From assembly GCF_964204645.1 (NCBI RefSeq), contig NC_134027.1, positions 1,178,001 through 1,242,000 on the forward strand: DNA of 64,000 nucleotides. The letters are read 5' to 3'. Positions 14,035 through 26,900 of this stretch are shown here, one piece after another (position 1 is the first letter of the stretch; every line of letters begins with the position of its first letter). Origin of the DNA: Tubulanus polymorphus (Eukaryota > Animalia > Nemertea). The notes beneath the pieces are model-generated. The model worked only from the letters and a program-made list of their open reading frames with translations. It was not told the DNA's origin and did no database searches. A program made the position numbers and the translations under genes.

Positions 14035-15868
14035 GATAAGTATTAACATTTATGATCAGCGTTGTAATGTTCTGTGCTGTGGTGAGACTAGTCAGGTGTC
14101 GGGACTGGTCATCATTGGGTAGGGTTTTACTATGAAGCAGCTTTATCGCATTTGGTTTAATTTGTCCACGCTTAATCTTTCCAAATGACAATCATGATAA
14201 TTTATACGGATATTTTGACCAAAAACCTTTTTCTCGAAAAAGTTTTCTTCGACTTTTTTAAAAACTTTTTTTCAAAGTCATCAAAGGAATTGTTACAAGA
14301 GAAACATTGTTGAAGTGGTCGCGACGGTGGTCTCTACGGAAGGTTATTTTGTATATCGTTGGTTGAAACCAGTGCTTTTTTGCTTTCCCTGGAATTTCTA
14401 CTTAAACAACAACAAAGTAAAAACGATCTCTTGAAGTTTTCGTGCGTGCAATTCGAAGATCCTCTCGGTTACGCTTCTTAATTTACAAAAACCCTACACA
14501 CTCGACGTGCATCGCGAAGAAAAGAGTTTCCTCTACATTTTCCGTGACCCGAATTGGTCATAATGAGACTTCTATAAAAGGATTTCAAAATCGCGATTTT
14601 ATCACAAGTTACAAATCGGAGAATACAATATTAAATGGTCACTATATTGCCTTTATCGTACAGTGTCAAACGGCTTTTATTCTTTTCGAAACGTTGGGTA
14701 CATATTACGACTAGGTAAGTGCGTATTTGGGGAAGAATGCAGATTGGTTTTTAAGGGCCCTTCACCGCGCACAATAAGCACTCCATAGGAATTCGCAATG
14801 AGGGTACTTGGCTTTGTTCGGGAACCGGAGTCTACCGGGGGAGAGTTTAGCGCTAAACTAACACGCGAGCGAATGCAGTCGACGTTTTCTAATAGACCGT
14901 TCTGGAAGGGGGTAATATGATCGAATCGAAGCGATGTTTGTTGGCAAATTGACATTAGAATGACAGGTGACGTTAAGCCAACATTTTAGAGTCCAATTTT
15001 GCAAAATGCAAACAGACGTCGCTGGTGAATCTCCGTTAGTAAACAGTCGCGAACCAGGGGTCGTTTCGCAGACGATTTCAACATCCATTAGTATACGGGT
15101 AACCGTCAACGCTACTGTGGCAAGTGAGGATCCACCGACTCGTAACAGTCATAATCCATAAACATATCATATCACCAGTAGTAAACAGTCGCCATCGCCC
15201 AACCGTTATGCAAGAGTTTCGCGTTGAAGTTCCATTAGTATGCGGAATCTCCACTGTGGCAAGTGAGGATCCGCCAGGTTCGCCGGTAACCACTCGATCT
15301 AATTCCACGTTCAATTTCTTTTACATTTTAGTTGAAATATATTTTATCCAAAATATAGAAAGAGTGAATGCGTTTAAATGGTTTAGTTTTCCTCTTATTT
15401 CTCTCTATAGTCAGTTCCCGGTATGCGCTTCTGTTTCGGTGTCATTGCCAAAGACATGTCAACGATGATCATTAATTATACCGTGTCGCGAAAATGATAT
15501 ATTATACGCAGATCAAGAAGTTATTCACGATAAAATGTCACAGATGATTCGACTTGGAAACGAAATGAAAAGTAACTCGGGGAACATCTTGTAGAAAACT
15601 GCCGTAACGTGTAATTTATCATCAATATCGTCACCCGTCAAACGGAACCGCCCGTGGCAGCTGAGGTCCAGGCGCGACAGGTTGGCCGCGCGCGTGCGTG
15701 TCTGTGTCCTTGCAGACGATGAACTACAGGTCTATACTCTTTCTACGTTGACGAAAAGATTAATGAATGCCATCTCAAGATTCGTGTCAATATCGAGTTT
15801 ATAGATATTTGATAAAAAATTCAGAATCTAATCAGTGTTTATAATATATAGGCTCAATGTACTTGCTG

Positions 15869-15976
15869 GGCCGAGTTTCACATGAAGCATTTTTAACTCC
15901 TTAATGTATTTAAGATTAACTAAATTGATAAAAACACTCGATCAAGAGTTGTTAGACAACTGAGTGAAACTGGGAC
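15869..15976. mobile_element. Harbinger-like MITE, CTG target duplication
   Basis: ggccgagtttcac / gtgaaactgggac ends, with CTG at 15866 and 15977. Confidence 0.65.
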
Positions 15977-16832
15977 CTGGGGATTTTAGTTTTTAAATCA
16001 TTTTGTAATTCATCTTTTTTGGGCGATACGGGCCTGCTCTCGAATACCACTAGATCTTTCCCCGTCGGGAAAAAGAAACATCGAACCCAGGTTGAGAGTA
16101 TTAAAAAAGTACAACTTCTTGGTTTGCCATTTTTGTATAAACTTCTGATGTATGTATCAAAACTCGTAACCAATCCTGGGCAATCAAAGGGGATTATTTG
16201 AGGATTTGAGTGGATTTTCTACCAATTTTTCGGTGATCGATTGAATTGTTTTTTTTAACTATGAGTTTCCATGAAGAATGATGATGTTGGCTCTTTAGGA
16301 GTAGAAGGGTAAGAGGCAAAGAGAGAGAGAGAGAACTCATGGATGATGAATTCCAGATTTCTAACTTGTAACATCTCTGTTAGATTGATTATAGGTCCGT
16401 TATTGAGCTAATACCATCAATCCATCTATATCCTACCGTTCAGTAATGAGTTTGATGAAACGACCGACCCCCCGTGAACATCGTAGTCTCATCCCTGCAG
16501 CTCAGGTGAATTGTAACTAATGCGTTAAAACCTAACCATATTTCAAGTTTCATCCACGTTTTGAACGCAGATTTTCTTGATGTTTCATCGATTTGATGAG
16601 CCATGAATTTCTTCACATATTGGTGCCAGTCTCACGCCATATTCAGTTCTAGAGTTCTAACCCATTCGATCTCCTTGTTTGTAATTTTGTACGAATTAAG
16701 ATTAAGAAAGTGTAGAATAAACACTCGATGAAAATGAAAATATCATCACGTTAAATTAATTTGCACTCATTTTTAATAATTTGCGTTGAGATCCTAGTTT
16801 TATTCATTTCAACTAAATAACAGTGATATTCT

Positions 16833-17059
16833 GAGGGAGAGGGAGAGGGAGAGGGAGAGGGAGAGGGAGAGGGAGAGGAGAGGGAGAGGGAGAGGGAGAG
16901 GGAGAGGGAGAGGGAGAGGGAGAGGGAGAGGGAGAGGGAGAGGGAGAGGGAGAGGGAGAGGGAGAGGGAGAGGGAGAGGGAGAGGGAGAGGGAGAGGGAG
17001 AGGGAGAGGGAGAGGGAGAGGGAGAGGGAGAGGGAGAGGGAGAGGGAGAGGGAGAGGGA
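16833..17059. repeat. (GGGAGA)n microsatellite, about 38 units
   Basis: Directly visible; source of the spurious PSPSPS ORF. Confidence 0.97.
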
Positions 17060-18523
17060 TGATAATGCTTTGTAAATGTTGATTGATGCACTTGTTTGTA
17101 TTTCGGTATCTTCGTAAAGCTACTTAATAATTTTAGTTGCCAAACTAGCGACTTTAACATGACCGGTGCTTGCAACCACCGCGGAATGCGCTATACCGCT
17201 CGACGCGGCTGGAAACTCATAAAACCCGACTTCGCGCACATGTTTTACATTAAGTCAACACGAAACGAAGTAAATAAAATATGCGCCCTTGTCGGTCGGC
17301 GAAATACAGTAACAACCAGATGAGAATTATTGCAACCGTTGAAGCGCGGTGGATCTGAGAGGTATCTCAGTTACACGGTACAGCTTGTTGTAACGATCTT
17401 GATAGACCCAGTACGCGTGGAAGTTCAAGTGATAAATTTCCACTTTCATCAAGCTCGTCTTCAGCGATAAGAAATGGCTTGTGTAGTTGAAGTCATATTT
17501 TGCGCGGAGCCGGGAACAATCTATCATTACCTCGTGACAGATGACTGTTTCAAAAATCAGAAACCCTATCGGTAACTGGAGAATTTACACGCTGTTTTCT
17601 TCGTTCGTCTCTCACTGATAGTTCGCTTTCTCGTCTGCGCTATTTGCATATTCTGTTGCCGTTCACGCGGTCGCGCGAGATAAGGCGAGACAACGCGAGA
17701 ACGATACGAAAATTTCAATCAGTTTCGGGTGAAACTCGCCGAGAAGAGACTCAAATGAATAAATAGATGGATTAATGATACGGTAGCAATTAGAACGGTT
17801 CTTTTGAATGTCTTTTGGAGTGACTTCTGACCATAGTACCAACAGGAGGGCACCTTTTCACCGAGATATATATACTCCATTCATTCCCCATTCCCTTAAA
17901 CTGTCATAGTCTTAGCAGATTTGTGTGGTATAAATCTTACTGACACAGTGTTATAGCCACTTTCTGGCGTTTGACACCTTTACTGACAGTCGTAGCTTCT
18001 GAGGTACTTCGAGTTATAATGTAATCTATTCTGGCGATTGCTGTGGACAAAAAGGCCCCCGAGCATGGTATACTTACTAACTACCTAAACCACGGGATAG
18101 AGTCGACCATGAAGACGTTTTTTTATTTCTTCATAAGATCTCTGGTTGTTTTTTTTCACCGGAGTAGTGAATCCGCCATTTTCTCCCCTCTGCATGCACA
18201 GGAAGTAACAGAACCTGGTAAACATGGATGCTGCATGTAAGTAAACTAGTGTTGTTGTTTGACGACTTTGTTTGATCAAGTAGGATCGCTGTTCCCGCAC
18301 AGGTTCAACATCGAACAACCTTGCAATTTACTGATTTATCGATGTAAGGCTTTTTCTATACGGTATTGGTTGTAGCGAGGCCTGTTTTAGCAGGTCCCTT
18401 ACAGAGATTAGCACGAAATCTCCTTGACGATTTCATGTTCTTCGTTGTGTTCGCTAACACGGATTACTGCGTTACTCAAATCTGTGTAAAACTATAGTTA
18501 TTCGTGTTTTCGCTTCTTCTCAT

Positions 18524-18533
18524 TGCTGCTGCT

Positions 18534-18572
<39 letters not shown>

Positions 18573-18574
18573 GC
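18524..18574. repeat. (CTG)n microsatellite with two CTA interruptions
   Basis: Directly visible. Confidence 0.9.
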
Positions 18575-19959
18575 GCCAGACTAATAGGATCGAGGATCCA
18601 GCCTTTAGGTTCCAGGCTATAGGCCCCAGGATCTAGCTGATAAGGCTCACAGGACGTGCTTAGGAATTGTTTCGCGATAGTTGGTAAAATAAGGATATAA
18701 ACCAGTAAAAAAGTGTTCAAATATCGCATTAATCTTCAATAAATCATCTCTATTCAATCACATGTCAAACGCGCATTATATCTATTCGTATATATGAAAG
18801 AAAAGACGACATGGCGAAGGTTTTTTTTTTTGGCAAAAGAAATACGTCGTAAAATAGTGATTAGCAGCGCCTGCACAGTTCGCGCTGGATGTGGAACATA
18901 TTGTGGACAGAAGGAAGATTTGATTGTTTCCTTGAAATCTGATACACGAACTTGCGTTCGTTTCCACATGCGCGCGATTGTCGCCGAATGAATACACACA
19001 GACTATCCCGCGTCACTCTGAAACCGACAATGTGCAATTTATATCAAAAATCTTTCTAACGACCAACTTGTTGTTACTAAAATTAAAAATGACGCAGCTT
19101 GTCCCGATGAAAAGCGTGCCGTGCACTATTTGTCCTCAATTTCTGAACTTTAAAAAACGGTCAAGGTCTTTTTTCATCTAATACGAGAAAAACATCAATA
19201 CAGTAAGAGATTGACATCATAATGTTTGAAAAGACATTCGAACAAGCTGTTTCACCGATCATCGTCAATAGAGCGAAGTTAATGTAGAATTTAGACATGA
19301 TTTTCGACGTGCAAAAGATCACTTTTGAACAAAGCTATACAATGCATGTATATAAATCTTACTATAGATTTCGGGTCCCTTCAAATCATAAAAACGCGTG
19401 CTTTCGATGACAATTCAAATGCACGCGCAGCAGCTTTCCATAGAAAGTCGGCCTTGATCCACAATGCGTTCACCTAATAATTTCTAACTTTAAAAAAACA
19501 ATGGAATCAAATGGCTTTTCTTTATCGTAGTTTTGTCTTTTTCGAACTGATTGTCAACTGAAAATAAACTTGCTGATAATAAACCAGATTCTTCGTCTTC
19601 GTATTTTCACTACTGTTTCCTTGTGGATTGATCTCGGTTGTTTTTTGACATATCGGAATTCAGCTAAGTCTAACAACGTGATGACTGTATCTAACATCCA
19701 TTCCGGTTAGACGACTAAAATCTACTAAGCTGCGTCCGCACGGCAAAAAAGGAACCCACGAGAACAGATTCGGATGAAAAGTGACGTAAAACTAATAACC
19801 GTGAAACAATGAGGTTCAGCCTCTAAAGGTTGATTCGTCAATGCAATAAAAAGATAATAATTTTTAAAGAAATAATGTGGACCTTTTGGAAAATGTGTGG
19901 CATAAGAGATATAGGTGTACATGGTGGGCGTGATGAATGAAGGAGAAGGCTTTTGAAAT

Positions 19960-20105
19960 GAATAATAATAATAAATAATAAATTTATTTCCACAATAAAA
20001 TTACAACATGCCATAAAGAGATATACAAATATGAAATGTTTTAATATAATGTGGAGGAGATTAGATGAAGCCAATGAAGGCTTATAAAATCTCTAATCCC
20101 CTAGC
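19960..20105 (-). mobile_element. LINE/SINE 3' tail with stem-loop
   Basis: (AAT)n tail with tttatt, then gattaga...tctaatc and aagcc...ggctt hairpins. Confidence 0.4.
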
Positions 20106-20757
20106 ATACACCGATTCACTCAACTCATACACACATGCAGTCATACACCTTCACCCAACATGCACCCACACACGTAGTCACTCAGGCGGTCAATCACACT
20201 ATCTTTCATTCACTCTTACAATCTGGTAATAGATGGCAGATACAGACAGATTAATTACAAATTCATGAAGGAATTCATAAAGGAACCAAAGTAAAATCTG
20301 GGTCTAGGATTTTAGAAATTCGTCCATTTTACGAGTGTCGAAAGTTTGATTAGTTTGGTATAATCATACTGATACTTCAGATTCTATCGTGGATATTGTC
20401 GGTCAGCGCCACCAGCGGTGAGTCGGGGAGTCTCGGTCGGGTTTTATGGATTATTCCAGTGAGATCGCTATCGATAACCGACGCCTTGGAAATAATGCGA
20501 CAATACCGTTACATAAACTATCTCGACTACGATCTCCAGACAGGTTTCAATATCGCGTATTGTATCATCGCAAAGGCAGAAATTATCTATTGGAAATTTT
20601 GAATCTATACCATAATTTTACCCGTGTTAGAGTACAATGTGAGACACGGTTACCCGCCGTTTACACGACCTGCAGGTGATTGATTCCCTGCCGGCTCTAT
20701 AGACACAACCAACATATTACTATAGTGCTCCACCATGGCTGCTGCCTTACATAGATT

Positions 20758-20965
20758 AAGGGACTTGAGGTCTGGGGCGCCCGCAGCCAGGGACTAGAGG
20801 TCTGGGGCGCCCGCAGCCAGGGGAGGGGTCTGGCATGTCCGTAGCTAGGGGTGGGTCTTACATTGACTGGGACTCTCGTATAACGAGGGGGTAGGCGTCT
20901 GGCATGTCCGTAGATGGGGGGTAGGTGTCTGGCATGTCCGTAGCTGGGGGGTAGAGGTCTTATAA
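20758..20965. repeat. G-rich imperfect tandem repeats
   Basis: gaggtctggggcgcccgcagccaggg twice and gtctggcatgtccgtag three times. Confidence 0.75.
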
Positions 20966-23900
20966 CCAAGGGCAGGGGTTTGCATAGACAGACATATTAG
21001 AATAGGCTGGAAAACAAACGGGTTAAATCATTTGTTTTTCATTTCTAAGATCACCTCCACACAAGACAACGTCATAGATTCTATTCTCAAGTGAGTAGAT
21101 TATGGGTCAACTTGCGTCTAAAATGTGTTTAAAACAGTTCGTTATCAACATAAGAAATAAGAATTGATTATCTAGCTATTATATCAAATTGTACAGCATA
21201 TTTTCAAATAAACCATCTGTCACAGCTTGGCCATAGTGAGATTTCTAATCGGCCAAAACCACTCTATTTTCTATGAAACCTTTCTTAGATTACCAGTTGT
21301 TTTTTTATCAGTGGATGAAAACCAGTTTATCAAAAAAGAGAACCGTCTGACAAAAAATAAAAATCAACTCCACCATCACATCGCGGTGACTATTGTGCAG
21401 TTCATTGAATTTCAGTATTGACGCAATATGTTTTTCGAGTTTGTAACACAGCACCCCGGCGCGCTGTCACGCTGCGCACAGCTACAATAGGCAGCGACGC
21501 GTCAAACAAATCGCGAACTATGCGAAACAAAAATATTACATTTTAACAAAAGACCGAATAGAGCCGTTACTCCTGCGTCAGTCAGTAGCTACACACAGCC
21601 TCACTCATTGAAAGCCGATACACTATAAAAGAACTGATCGCAATATCGCGAATTTTATTGTCCCGTCCGTTGTTGTTTCACAGTGTTTTAATTGCCCGAA
21701 CGATGTTAGCAAAAAATAATAATCACAATTTTATTATTTCGCCGAGTATATCGCCCGTAGCGAAATTACCGTAATGAAGTCACTTCCGGTAAGCCAGGCG
21801 CTCAGTTTGGCGTCATGTAGAAATGTAGTTTTATTGTCTTTGATTTTGATCGATTCCGTGGCTACAAATTTAAAGGTTCACTTAATTTTTCGAGTGCGCT
21901 ATGCCGCGATGTGATTATATTATCGGCGTTGTTAGAAGGTAATTAAGAAGTGATTGTATTGATGCTGGAAGCTGCTCTTGTTATTGTTCGGCGTACTGAA
22001 TTCATCCGTCAAATCTACGACAATGATGTCATATGTTATTCCTAATACACGGATCAGGACTTGGACTGTTCAAGATGTTTAATGCTTATACAAGTTATCA
22101 TATCATATTCATTTGTTTCCTGAATAATTTACATCAATATATTATCAATTTCAATAATGATTTTGATAATACGGACATGATGATTTTGATATACGGAGGT
22201 AAGATAACAGCAGAGCTGGAGACGGAAAAGATTAATACATTTGGAATTTCTAATATTTGTTTATTTTTTTGCTATTTCGACAGCAGGTTCTAGCCGACAA
22301 GAAAATTTTTGGTTTTAAGTAACGACTATGAATTCTACAGCCCGCATAGCTTAGACCAGTCTGACCTCATCTCGGTCCTATAGCTATTTGAGGCACGCAG
22401 ATCTCAAGACTCCAGAGCATTAAGTCATAAACCGACGTTTTAGTAGTTATTAATGAATTAATAAAGTTAGTCGAGTAAAGATTCATTTCGGGTGAAATCA
22501 TTATTATTATTTTTGCGTTCACAGTGTGCGGCGATTCTACCAATTTGTACCAAACACGATTATGACAAGCGATCTGGAAACATTTACAAGTGATTTAATG
22601 TAGGTGACATTGTTCACGACAAACTTAAACAATTTTAAGCCGTAGAAAATAAGCGCACAACCAGCAGTACTTCATCGGGTAACACCTGCTAATATAATAT
22701 AAGTCTAACCTTCTATTCTTAAAAGTCATATAGGCCTTTAACATATTAGCCATTGTACGACGACTTAAGTTCACAGTATGTGGCCCAAACTTATCCTTTA
22801 TGGACATTCCTTGTATTGCATTGATACCTGACTAACCGAGATCCGTAAAGAAACGTGGATCTAATGTGTGGATCTTTTAGATATATTCGGCATAATTAGC
22901 CGCTAAAGGGCCCGATACCTCCCGGGTGAAATCGACGAACTCAAACTGCGCGACCCATTCTAGATAGTTCACGTCGATATGTCAGTTCAACTATATCAAA
23001 CCCCTTGTTTACATGTCTTCCGACTGAAGTTGTGAAAGAACTGACAATAAGGAGTCATACAGTACGACGGACCCCCTGATGCGGACTTCTTTTGACTGCG
23101 CGACACGAACCCCCGCGGCCTTGACAATGGTATTTTCGACGGGTTAACCGTAAAATAATTGGCCTCCGATGAGAGACTGTTATACAGTTTTTCTTTTCGG
23201 ATTCTCGACGTTGTTTGACTATAATGAAAGACTCGTGAATCGCGAGGCGTATTAGCCGAGTTATCTCGTGTCAATCAAATCGATTGTGGGCGGGTTTATT
23301 AATGTCAATATCAATAGACGTTCAACGTTCCGTCAGTTCAAACCGTTAGATCGGTCTTAGCTAATCACATTAATGATTACAAACGCCGTTCGCGACGACG
23401 TTACAAGCTCGTTGATTGGTCGATACGGGGGAATTTGCGATGGAGATCGCTGAAATATAACTTTGGGCTAATCCTCCTTTGAATTTGGGTGTTGAACTGA
23501 GGTAACAAAAGCTGTAGGAAAGTTATTTCAACCATGGATTAATTTGACGAGTTCGTTCTATTCAATGCTTGACACATGACGATGACAGGCGAATGTAAGC
23601 ATTATTTCAACTAATGACATTTACTTCGATGTCGTCACAATTTCGGACTTTTTACTAAAACTCAATATTTTCAATTGAAGACACATAATTTGCTGGACAT
23701 CGGCGTCCTTTTGTTTCGTACGCGTTTCGACGAAACTGTATCATCGAAATCATCGCAGTTTTCGCGCGCGAATTTGGCATCGGTTTAATACAGCGAGGGA
23801 CGAAAAAAGTCGACTATTTTTTCAAACATCTCGGCACGCGAGTGTCAGAGGCTTAGCTTTGACGTTAATTAATATTTCATCGCGCTTTCATAGACACCAA

Positions 23901-26900
23901 CTGTCGTCATATCCTATCTGTCTATATCTTCGTTCAGTCTTTGTATCTCAGTAGTTTTTTTCTTGTTTAGAATATATATAGCTATATATATACTTATATA
24001 TATACTGACGTATATAGCGACAGATACTGACACAATATTGTCAACCGGCTGACTACAAATTATATAATACCAAAACAGGAAAACACGGACGTGGCTTCAG
24101 TCGATTTCAGATTAGATACGATTATACGGATTTGTGTAGAATAAATAAACTGGTACACGCACGCGCGTTTATGTGCTGGATTCGGGAGGATTAATTTCAA
24201 CACTGTTGTGAATCGTAACTGTGCTCCGCAAATCGCTGCAATCCGAGTGGATTTTCACTTGACCCGTCGTTATAATTCTCGGACGTTCATTCTTACGCAA
24301 GAGACACAGGTTTAAGAAAGACAACAACAACAACAACAGCAGACCCGTAGGGATCAAGTCACGATCGCGACGGATTAACGCTTTACTGGACGGGATAATC
24401 ACCTGATAATCCGGCGTGATAATCCACGTGTTTGTATGCGTGTTGTGCTAACGGTCTTGTCGTTAAATCGCGAAAATAGAAGACGAACAAAAATTCGAGG
24501 CTTTTTAAAAACACAGATTCGTGAATTTTTTTAGTCTTATTTATTATCTATGTCGTTGCCGACTGTTGCGAGCGACTTCATGACGACGGCTACCACGATA
24601 CCGACCACACAGGTTAGTTTTTACAGTTCTTGAAAATTTTGATAAAACGTATATAAGAAGTATAGACCTCAATTCGAAACATTCTGAACCCATGTTACGT
24701 AACGATATTTCAAAGATATACACGGAATATATATTTTTCCAAGAGCTTTTGGGTTCATGCTCATATAACTGCAGGGTATTTATATTTGTAAAAGGTAAGG
24801 TATTAAAATCACGAGACAAGGAATTAAATCTAGAAGTTATTCAAATTCTACACAGGAGAAGATTCGAAATCTGACGGAAAACCTTCATATTCTGTTTATG
24901 AATTCACTGTTAAATCAAAGATAGATTAAGAAACTGAATTTTGTTGAAGCAATAACTAGATTTTTATCTGAACAAATATCAATGAAAATATCAACACATT
25001 TTGGGGCTTTTCGAACTATCGTATATCAAATTTTCTAATGTTCATTTTCTAGTTTTTGAGTTGAAATTTGAAACATGTTGAACTTGTTTCGAGTTTATCT
25101 ATTTCTTATTAGGCACAATGTAGCAGAATTTGGGCCATTTATTCGATGTTTATAAGCTTCGACAATCTTTAAGAGAAAGTTGACACAACGCCGGCAACTA
25201 TTTCCCGATCAATCTGGTCGGAGTTTGTGAATTTTGGCAGCCGATCCGCTGACGCAGGCAGTAACCGGAGACAATAACCGGATATCTGAGAGATTCGCTG
25301 ATAATCCCCGACCGTTTGAGCTTCTTTTCTTCCCGCGGCGGCGATGAGAGAGTTCACAATCAACGACATAATCATTATCAAATGAGACTCGATTGAATCA
25401 CTATTAGTTGTTGGTAGACTCTCTTACAGCGCGACTGAGGACAGTCCGCTTATTCCGCAATCCCCTGAGCGCCGCTGAAATCAAACACTTAACTTATCAG
25501 CCATATAAACTAACAGTGGATTCAATAATAATTGTATCAATGTAATTATATCAACGATAAAGTCGTAATTGAGATTAAATGACAAGTGAGATTTTGATAT
25601 ATTGCCCCCAATGACAGGAGTAGATACGAGCGATGAAATGTCGGCGATTAAAACTAGTCTGGCGCCTGTTCTACTGAACAACTTAACATTTCATTAAAGT
25701 TTCATCGGTATTGTTTGATACTATGACTAATCAAACTGCGATTCGTCCGGAGTCAGAAAAACTGGCAGTAAGAAATACGGTAAATACGAGTAAATAATGT
25801 GTTTTCGCATTCGATCAATCGAAAGATTTCGCGTTCGTAAACAAAGAAAATCTGCTGAAAATATCACAAATTTTTCTGCAATTAAGGAGTTTAGGAAGCA
25901 GTAAAAGGTTTCAAACTCGGGCTATTGGTCAATTAGGGAAATAATTCAAACTTAACCGTTTTAAACTTTTTCGTCCAGTTACACGAAAAAGTTTGTGCAC
26001 CCTGCACAAATAATTCTGAACCTTGAAAAATGATCGTTTGTAAATTCTATCTTCTTTAAGAAATCTGTATAAGATATCGAGTTGTTTCAAAGAGACAATA
26101 TACATATTAAATTTATTCAATTAACTTGTTCTCCCAAACTCATGCATTTCTCGATTCCTGGCGATGGTCTCTCTAGTGAGAGAGAGAGAGACCAAAACGT
26201 TTTATCTGTAAATATTTGATTTTTATTCTTAATCGATATAGTTCGTTATCTATTTCCTTGACTTACAGTGAGTTTTAAACCGAACTACACAGATTATGAA
26301 GTTAAGTTTTTCTTCGTCCAAATCCACAAAAGCTTCTCGCAAAATCGTCACCGAACACATGTCCTTATTTGAATTAATTTCAAGTGTTGGCGTTCGCTAG
26401 AATTTCTCCTAAAACATGTCACCCGAAATCCGATCGTTTCGCCAGCGAAAGTATGAATTTACCGCCGCAAAAAGTAAATATTATTCCCACCACGCGAGAA
26501 GCGAACTCATAAAAATATCTAAACCGACAGGTTTTACTTTCGATTCAATCTCCGAGGACTGTCGAACATATGTGGCGTTTCGTAACAAACCATATGCGCC
26601 GGGGGATAAGAAGATGGGTTTATTATTTCCACGGAGAGCGCATTCAAAGCCAATTATTTATATGTCGAATTCGAAGCTCTCGCCGTCCCAATAATCCGCG
26701 CGGTGAATCCGACCAGAAACCGACCTCATTAAAACCGAGACGTCCAGCGAATTTCAGGTCGGACTCCCCCGGTGCAAACTGATCCATCATTTAGCGTATT
26801 TTACCAACGCGTCATTCAGACAATATTACCGATACTGAAAGAATGAACGGCAATCAAGTCGACGGCGAGTCCGAGATGACGACGGATTTTCAACCTGATT

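Noticed and set aside
16813-17175. 120-aa Pro/Ser-repeat ORF
   Set aside because: It is the translation of the (GGGAGA)n microsatellite.
18043-18318. Opposing ORFs with nearby splice-like signals
   Set aside because: No phase-compatible join to the 17.3-17.6 kb frame and no recognisable protein.
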